DNA of 64,000 bases, taken from an uncultured bacterium (GTDB lineage: Bacteria; Ratteibacteria; UBA8468; B48-G9; DSTR01). Position numbers and translations under genes: made by a program. Numbering within the stretch: position 1 is the first letter of the stretch; every line of letters begins with the position of its first letter. The stretch covers positions 78,503-142,502 of the forward strand of contig CAZYCA010000044.1 in NCBI GenBank assembly GCA_964645405.1, read 5' to 3'. The notes below the pieces were generated by a model. The model saw only the letters and a program-made list of their open reading frames with translations. It did no database searches and was not told the origin of the DNA. Below are positions 28,567-36,500 of this stretch, one piece after another.

Positions 28567-29645
28567 CTTATCCTCCTTGTTGATTCTCTGATAAGAATTT
28601 TACCCGGGATAATTGTTCTTAGTTCTACTTTCTCGCCCCGGATAAGACGGATTAGTTTTTCTGCGGCTTTCCTTCCTAAAAGAGAAGGGAAAATATCTGC
28701 GGTGGTCAGACTGGGGATGGTGTGCTGGGTAAAGGAAGAATTGTGACAGCCGCAGAGAGAAATATCTTCCGGGACAGATAATCCTTTTTCTCTGATGGCT
28801 CTCAAGGCACCAACGGAGATAAAATCATCGGCACAGACCAGTGCGGTAGGGGAATATTTCAAAATTTTTCTGGCATTTTCATAGCCGCTGATTTCAGAGA
28901 AAGCACCATGTTTTACCAGGGTTTTTTCATAACCAATCCCGTATTTCTGAAGAGCCATTCTATACCCGTTAAGTTTGTCCTGGCAGACAGTCAGTCTCTT
29001 TGGACCGTTTATAAAGCCTATCTTTTTGTGTCCTGACTTGAGAAGATGTTCTGTAAGCAGGTAAAAGATTTTCTGGTGGTCGACATCTACGGTAGAAACA
29101 TTTTGTTCTTGTGTTCTGCCCAAAACAACGAAAGGGGTACCCATCTTTTGCAGTTTTTTTACCCTGTTATCAGAAAAGGTGGGCTCGGTCAGGATAACAC
29201 CCTGCAGGGAATTTTTCTTTCCGGGCTCAAGGTAACCGTTCTCCGTATCAGTGAAGACCAGTACGTCCTGTCCGTACGTACATGTAACACTCTTGATTCC
29301 CAGAAGGAAATCAGAAACAAAAGGTGAACAGAGTCCCCCGTTGGTGGAGGGGATAACTATGCCAATAGGTGCACCTCCTTTCTCAGCCGAGCAAAGTTTT
29401 TCTGCCACATAGGTACCTTTGCCGGGAACCCGGAAGAGAAGGCCATCTCTGGTTAGTTCCACCAGCGCCTGACGGATACTGATGTGGCTGACACCAAAGA
29501 GATGACACATCTGTCTTTCTGAAGGTAGTAACTGACGGGGTTTGAGTATTCCTTCCACAATTGCCCTGCGGATGGCTTCCTTGACCTGAATATAGAGTGG
29601 CACAGGATTATTTCTTTCTACCTTCTGGAATATCTTTTCAGGCAT
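28563..29645 (-). CDS. Transcriptional regulator with a GntR-type winged-helix N-domain and a LacI/PBP1 periplasmic-binding-fold sugar-sensor domain
   Basis: N-terminus [48 protein letters not shown] (GntR HTH). The C-terminal ~270 aa resemble a LacI-family ligand-binding domain. First gene of the long minus-strand operon. Confidence 0.65.
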   Translation of the reverse strand: MPEKIFQKVERNNPVPLYIQVKEAIRRAIVEGILKPRQLLPSERQMCHLFGVSHISIRQALVELTRDGLLFRVPGKGTYVAEKLCSAEKGGAPIGIVIPSTNGGLCSPFVSDFLLGIKSVTCTYGQDVLVFTDTENGYLEPGKKNSLQGVILTEPTFSDNRVKKLQKMGTPFVVLGRTQEQNVSTVDVDHQKIFYLLTEHLLKSGHKKIGFINGPKRLTVCQDKLNGYRMALQKYGIGYEKTLVKHGAFSEISGYENARKILKYSPTALVCADDFISVGALRAIREKGLSVPEDISLCGCHNSSFTQHTIPSLTTADIFPSLLGRKAAEKLIRLIRGEKVELRTIIPGKILIRESTRRIR

Positions 29646-29781
29646 AATGGCCCACTGTTTATATACAGATATATTTTACACCTGACACCTCTGGCAGTCA
29701 AGTCAGGCAGAAAATAAAAAGAGAAAGGAGTATTCTGTTTTGTGATAGGGTATAATAAAAAGGTTACAAGCAAGGAGGGTT

Positions 29782-30540
29782 ATGGTCAGACGGGAAACAC
29801 TGGTAAAGTTTATTGATAATTATCTGAAGACAACTGAGGTCAGGGATTCTTCCTGGAATGGATTGCAGGTAGAGGGTAAGGCTCTTGTAAGAAAAGTTGT
29901 GGGTGCTGTGGATGCGGGGCTGGAAACCTTCCGTGTGGCTCTGGCAAAAAAGGCGGATTTTTTGATAGTACATCATGGGCTTTTCTGGAAGCAGATTCTT
30001 CCTTATTTGACAGGGGTAAACAAGGAAAGAATTAAGATTCTACTGGATAACCAGCTATCTCTCTATGCCAGCCATCTACCTTTAGACAGGCATCCAAAAA
30101 TAGGCAACAATGCCCTGTTGTTGAAGACTATTGGCGCTAAGAAGGAAAGGGAATATTTTCTTTATGAGGGCCAGAGTATCTCCTGGACAGGTATTTTTCA
30201 ACCGGCTACAACTACAAAAGAAGTCGTAGCCAGGCTGGAAAAATATCTCCGGACAAACTGTCGGGTGCTGGACTTCGGACCGAAAAAGGTAAACCGGGTA
30301 GCTGTCTGCAGCGGTGCTGGTGGGCTGGCGGCTTTTACTCAGGCATTGAGCCAGGAAGTGGATTTGTATGTGACCGGGGAGGAAACTGATTTTTACCACC
30401 TGGCAAAGGACAACAATTGTGCAGTTATTTTTGCGGGTCACCATGCGACAGAAACCCTTGGTGTCCAGGCTTTATTGCGACTGGTAGCTGCCAGATGGAA
30501 GCTGGAGACAGTTTTTGTTGATATTCCTACCGGGCTTTGA
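29782..30540 (+). CDS. Nif3-family (YqfO/YbgI) dinuclear-metal-centre protein
   Basis: 252 aa. N-terminal HHGLFW and C-terminal GHHATE motifs. RBS AAGGAGGG. Confidence 0.65.
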   Translation: MVRRETLVKFIDNYLKTTEVRDSSWNGLQVEGKALVRKVVGAVDAGLETFRVALAKKADFLIVHHGLFWKQILPYLTGVNKERIKILLDNQLSLYASHLPLDRHPKIGNNALLLKTIGAKKEREYFLYEGQSISWTGIFQPATTTKEVVARLEKYLRTNCRVLDFGPKKVNRVAVCSGAGGLAAFTQALSQEVDLYVTGEETDFYHLAKDNNCAVIFAGHHATETLGVQALLRLVAARWKLETVFVDIPTGL

Positions 30541-30575
30541 TTTCTCGTGGTAAAGAAGTTTTTTGGAGGAGGGGA

Positions 30576-33500
30576 ATGGTTAATTTTCATATGGAGGAAC
30601 TTCGCCGTAGCCTCCCGGGGATGGCCGGTAAAGGGAAGGGAAACGGTTCTCTGCGTAGCAATCGGGAAGCTCCCTTGCGGGCAGAATTGCTCAGCATAGA
30701 ACAACTGAAGCGGCACGCAGTAGAGTTAGCCCGCCGGCATACGGCAGAAATAAAAGCCGGGGAGAATCTTCTTCTTGCCAGGTTAGATAAAAACGAAGAG
30801 ATTCTTTTACAGGCTTTCACAGAACTCAGCCAGGCAGTGGAGAAACAGCAGGAGCTTGTCCCGGCTGCTGAATGGTTAATTGATAACTTCTACCTCATCC
30901 AGGAGCAGATTAGACTGGCAAGAAAACATCTCCCGCGTTCTTATAGCCAGCAGCTGCCCAGTTTAACCAGAGGACCGTTGACTGGTTATCCCCGGGTTTA
31001 TGAGATTGCTTCCGAGCTTATTGCCCACAGCGATGGACGGGTGGAAGACAGAAATCTTTATACTTTCGTAGCAGGCTATCAAACGGAAAGTTTTCTCACC
31101 CTTGGTGAACTCTGGGCCATTCCGATTATGCTGCGGCTGGCTCTGATTGAAAACATCAGACGGATAGCCAGCCGGCTCATCAATAGCCGCGCCGCCCGTA
31201 CTGAAGCAGCCTACTGGGTAAACCAGATGAGTAAAGCAGTGGAACAAAGCCCTGATAATCTTATCCTTGTTGTCGCGGATATGGCGCGGGCAAATCCTGT
31301 CCTAAATTCCTCCTTTGTGGCTGAATATGCCAGACTTCTTCAGGGGCAGAGTGCCGTCTTTGTTCTTGCTCTCACCTGGCTGGAGCAGCGTCTGGCTGCT
31401 GAAGGTTCTTCCATTGAACAACAGGTGCGTTTAGAAAATCAAACCCAGGCCGCAGACCAGGTTTCCATCAGTAACAGTATCAACAGTCTGCGTTTTCTGG
31501 ATGGGATGGACTGGCATGAGTTTGTAGAAGGTGTCAGTGTAGTGGAATCAATTCTTCGGACTGACCCGGCTGACGTTTATTCCCGTATGGATTTTGCTAC
31601 CAGGGACCGTTATCGTCATGCAGTAGAAAAGTTAGCAAAATTTTCAGGGCAGAAGGAAGAACAGGTGGCACAGAAAGCGATTGAACTGGCTAGAACCTGT
31701 CGGCAGCAAAATGGGGAAGATATAAAATACAGCCATGTTGGTTTTTACCTGATAGGACCAGGTATCTCTGAGTTAGAAAAAGGCCTGGGCGTGCCATTGA
31801 CTTTCTGTCGCAGGCTAAAACTCTGGTGTCAGAAAAAGGTTTTTCTCTGGTATGCGGGCAGCATTGGAGTGATAACATTGGCTCTGTCGCTGTTTATTTT
31901 GCGGGCTATTGGTTACCTCCCGCTGTGGCTGGCAATTTTCACTCTTTTTTTGCTTTTCGTCGTTTGCAGTCAGCTTGCTGTTGCCTTGACCAACTGGATG
32001 ACAACACTTTTTGTCAAACCGGTGCTTTTACCGCGTCTTGATTTTTCCCGGGGATTACCTCCGGAGTGCAGGACGCTAATAGTTTTCCCGGTGATCTTAA
32101 GCGACAGCAAAACGGTGGAGCAACTCTTAGAAAATCTTGAAGTCCAGTACCTGGCTAATCGGGATGAACATATCCATCTGGGACTGCTTACTGATTTTAA
32201 AGATTCCTTCCAGGAAAAGGAACCGGAAGATGAAGTTCTTTTGCACGAGGTTAAGGAGGGTATTCGGAAACTTAACAGGCGGTACCGGAGCCAGGGACAG
32301 GATATCTTCTTCCTTTTTCATCGCGACCGGACTTGGAACCCAAAGGAAAAGTGCTGGATGGGTTATGAACGTAAAAGAGGCAAGCTGCTCGGGTTGAACA
32401 TGCTCATCCAGGAAGGGAGAAAGGATGCTTTTACCCTTATCCTGGGAGAAATGGAGACTTTAAGGAAAGTGCGTTATGTGGTCACTCTGGACGCTGACTG
32501 TCAGTTGCCCAGGGAAGCAGTACGCAAGATGGTCGGGTGTCTGGAGCATCCTCTGAACAAGCCCCGGTATGAGGAGAAGAAACAGACAGTGGTGGAGGGA
32601 TATGGTATCCTGCAGCCCCGGGTAGCAACCAGTCTAACAAGTGCCAATCGGTCTCTCTATGCGAGGTTTTTCAGCGGAGAGCCAGGTCTGGACCCCTATA
32701 CCAGAGTTGTCTCTGATGTCTATCAGGACCTTTTCCAGGAGGGCTCTTTTGTAGGTAAAGGTATCTACCATGTGGAAACTTTTACCAGGGCACTTAAAGA
32801 ACGTTTCCCTGATAATTTAATTCTCAGTCATGACCTTCTGGAAGGCTGTTATGTGCGTTGTGGTCTTATCAGCGATGTCCAGGTATATGAGAATTTTCCG
32901 GCTCGTTACAGTGCTGATGTAAAGAGAAGACACCGCTGGATTAGAGGAGACTGGCAGATTTTAGCCTGGCTTTTTCCCCGGGTCCCAGGAAGAAGAGAAA
33001 AATGGGTGGTCAATCCTCTGAACAGCATAAGCCGGTGGAAAATCTTTGATAATATAAGAAGGAGTCTCTTCCCTCCTTTCTTGCTGCTTTTGGTCCTGGT
33101 AGGATGGCTGTTTTTAAAACCGGTCTGGATCTGGACAGTTCTCACCTCCGGACTTATATTTTTACCACTTTTCCTGAATGCCGCCTGCGGGATGCTGCAA
33201 CGGTCAAGAGAGATGTACTGGCTGGCTGCTTTGCGCATTGCCTTCCGTTCCGCAGGCAAGTATTTTATTCAGGCCTGTTTCTTTCTTGTTTTCCTTCCTT
33301 ACGAGGCGTTTCTTTCGCTTGATGCCATCACCAGAACCATCTGGCGTCTTTTGATTACCAGGCGTGGGCTACTGCAATGGGTGACCTCTGTTGAATCAGA
33401 GAAGAAATCAGAAAGTAATCTCTCAGAATTTTTAAAACTGATGTGGGTGGCTCCGTTAATCTCCATAGCCAGCTTAGTATCTCTGACAGTTTTTTCCTCT

Positions 33501-36500
33501 GTTTCCTTGCTCTTTGCGGAAATTTTTATCTGGGGATGGCTGTTTTCCCCTGTGGTTGCCTGGTGGTTGAGCCAGCCGCTTGTGATCTGGGAGACAGGTT
33601 TAAATGAGCAACAGATTTATTTCCTTCGGCGGGTTGCCCGGAAAACCTGGAGTTTCTTTCAAACTTTTGTGAATGCCGGAACCAGGTATCTGCCACCGGA
33701 CAACTATCAGGAGTACCCGGTCAGACGCGTCGCTTACCGCACTTCACCAACCAACATTGGCCTGACTTTACTTTCTACGCTGGCAGCCCGGGATTTAGGG
33801 TATCTCACCGGCAGCCACTTTGTTTTTCGTCTGCAGCAGACTTTGAATACCCTTCAACGGTTGAAACGTTTCCGGAAGCATTTTTACAACTGGTATGATT
33901 TAAAAACCTTAGAGCCACTTGCCCCTGTTTACATTTCCACTGTGGATAGCGGAAATTTAGCCGGACATCTACTTGTTCTGCACCAGGCACTTTTGGAGAT
34001 GTGTGATTCTCCGATTTTTGCCGAACAGTCACTGGCTGGTTTGGGTGATACTCTGTATGTGCTGCTGGAAGTAGCCGGTCAAGCCGAGAAACACCAGTTA
34101 AGACAGCTACCGGTTTTTTCGCGGGTGATGCGGGCAGGCTGGCGAGAGTTGACAACCCAGATGGAACAACCCGTGAAATCTTTGACTGGTATGTTTTCCC
34201 TTTTAGAAAAGGTGAAAGAGATGCACCAGGTGATGGAGGGAGAACTGAGAACCAGAGACAGAGAGGTAAATCGCTGGCAGAGGCTGTTAAGGGAACACTA
34301 TCAATCCCTGGAGGAGGAGCTAAATACTATCAGTCCCTGGGTGAGATTGCTTGCCGAACGGCCGCAGAATAATCTCTGGGCAGAATCCGTGAGAAAAACC
34401 TTAGAAAAACTCTGCCAGCTGGTAGATGAAAATCTTCCCCTGAGGAAGCTGGCTAATCTTTCTGCAGAGTTAGAAGGTTATCTCAGTGACCTGAGGGATT
34501 ATGCGGCAGCAAGTCAAGCTTCTGATTTGCTTAAGTGGCTGGAAAAACTTTCTTCAGCGATTGAAAAAGGAGCAAGTAAGGCTGAGCAACGTTTGCAGGA
34601 TTTAACCTCCTTAGCGGAGAGATTTGCGGAAATGGCTGATATGGACTGGGATTTTCTTTATGACCGTTCCTCCCGGTTATTGTCACTCGGGTACCATGTG
34701 GCAGAAAGAAGAAAAGATGCCATCTATTATGACCTTCTGGCTTCAGAGGCAAGACTGGCCAGTTTTGTCGCTATCTCCCTGGGACTGCTTCCTCAGGAGC
34801 ACTGGTTTGCTCTAAATCGCTTAATCACCGGAGAAGGTGAGAATGCTGTCCTGGTCTCCTGGGGTGGGTCAATGTTTGAGTATTTAATGCCGCTTCTGGT
34901 GATGCCAAACTTCCGCGGGACTTTGCTTGACCAGTCATGTCAGGCTGCGGTCAGGAGGCAGATAGAGTATGCGGCGGAACGGGGTGTGCCCTGGGGAATC
35001 TCTGAAGCTGCCTACAACGCGGTAGATTCCAGCCGGAATTACCAGTATGATTCTTTTGGCGTCCCTGGTCTGGGTTTGAGAGCAGGACTAGCTGAGGACC
35101 TGGTGGTGGCGCCTTATGCCTCAGCTTTAGCGTTGATGGTAACACCAGCCAGAGCCTGCCAGAATTTACAGCGTTTAAGGAAGGAAGGGATGGAGGGCCG
35201 TTTTGGTTTCTATGAATCCGTGGACTATACACCAGGAAGACTGGTACCGGGTCAGGAGAAGGCAATTGTTCGGTGTTTTATGGCTCATCATGAGGGAATG
35301 AGTCTGGTTGCCATCGCTAACACCCTTTTAAACCTGCCCATGGTGCGGCGTTTCCGGCAGAATCCTTTTTTCCGTTCAGCTGAACTCCTGCTGCAGGAAA
35401 GGGTACCTGATGTGGAACCATTCCAGTGGCCAGCAGAAGAATTGCCGCGTTATCGTCGGACTTCAGAAAAACAGGCAGCACTGATGAGAATTTTTACTGA
35501 GCCTGATACCCCGATGCCAGAAATCCATCTTCTCTCCAACGGGCGTTATACCGTAATGGTCACAAATGCCGGAGGAGGTTTTAGTCGCTGGCAGGATATA
35601 CTCCTGACAAGATGGCGGGAGGATTACACCCGTGATAACTGGGGTCTTTTCTTCTATGTGAAAGATGTCTCTACAGGTCAGTTCTGGTCAATAGGTCACC
35701 AGCCAGCACTACGGCCTGGCCGCAGATATGAAGTTATTTTCTCCCAGGCGAGGGCTGAATTCAGAAGAGTTGACGGTGATTTTGTCACCCATATGGAAAT
35801 TGCTGTTTCTCCTGAGGATGATATTGAGCTGCGCCGTATCAGTATCACCAACCGTTCCTGGTCTACCCGGACGATAGAACTCACCAGTTATGCAGAAGTA
35901 GTTCTGGACCAGGCATCTTCTGATGCCACTCATCCTGCTTTCAGTAAACTTTTTGTCCAGACAGAAATCCTGAAGCAGAGGCAGGCGATTATCTGTACCA
36001 GGCGGCCGCGTTCAGAGAAAGAAAGAGGCCTCTGGTTTTTTCATCTGGTGACCATCCATGGTGAACCAGCAAGGTCAGTAACCTATGAAACGGACAGGAT
36101 GAAGTTTTTAGGTCGGGGGAGAACTCCAGCAGAGCCAGTGGCGCTGGAAAGGGAACTTTCTAACAGCCAGGGACCGGTTCTGGACCCGATTGTGGCTATC
36201 AGGTGTCATCTCACCCTGGAGCCAGATGAAACCAGGGTTGTTGACTTTATTTCCGGTGTGGCAACCGAGAGAGATAAAGCAGAGTTGTTGCTGGAACGCT
36301 ATCATGACCCTGATTTAGCCAGTCGTGTTTTCAGTTTAGCCTGGACCCACAGCCAGGTTGTTTTGCACCAGTTAAATACCACAGAAGCGGATGCTCAACT
36401 TTATGGAAGGTTAGCCGGTTCTATAGTGTACGGCGGACCACAGCGTCGTGCTCCTGCAGGAATTCTTTTGAGGAGTAGAGGCAGACAGTCTGCTCTCTGG

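Noticed and set aside
29680-29760. Short inverted repeat cctgac...gtcagg and a TATAAT-like box in the regulator/nif3 divergent intergenic region, possibly a GntR-type autoregulatory operator
   Set aside because: The half-sites are only 6 bp and there is no clear -35 element. The evidence is too weak to call a specific operator. I mention it as a place to look.
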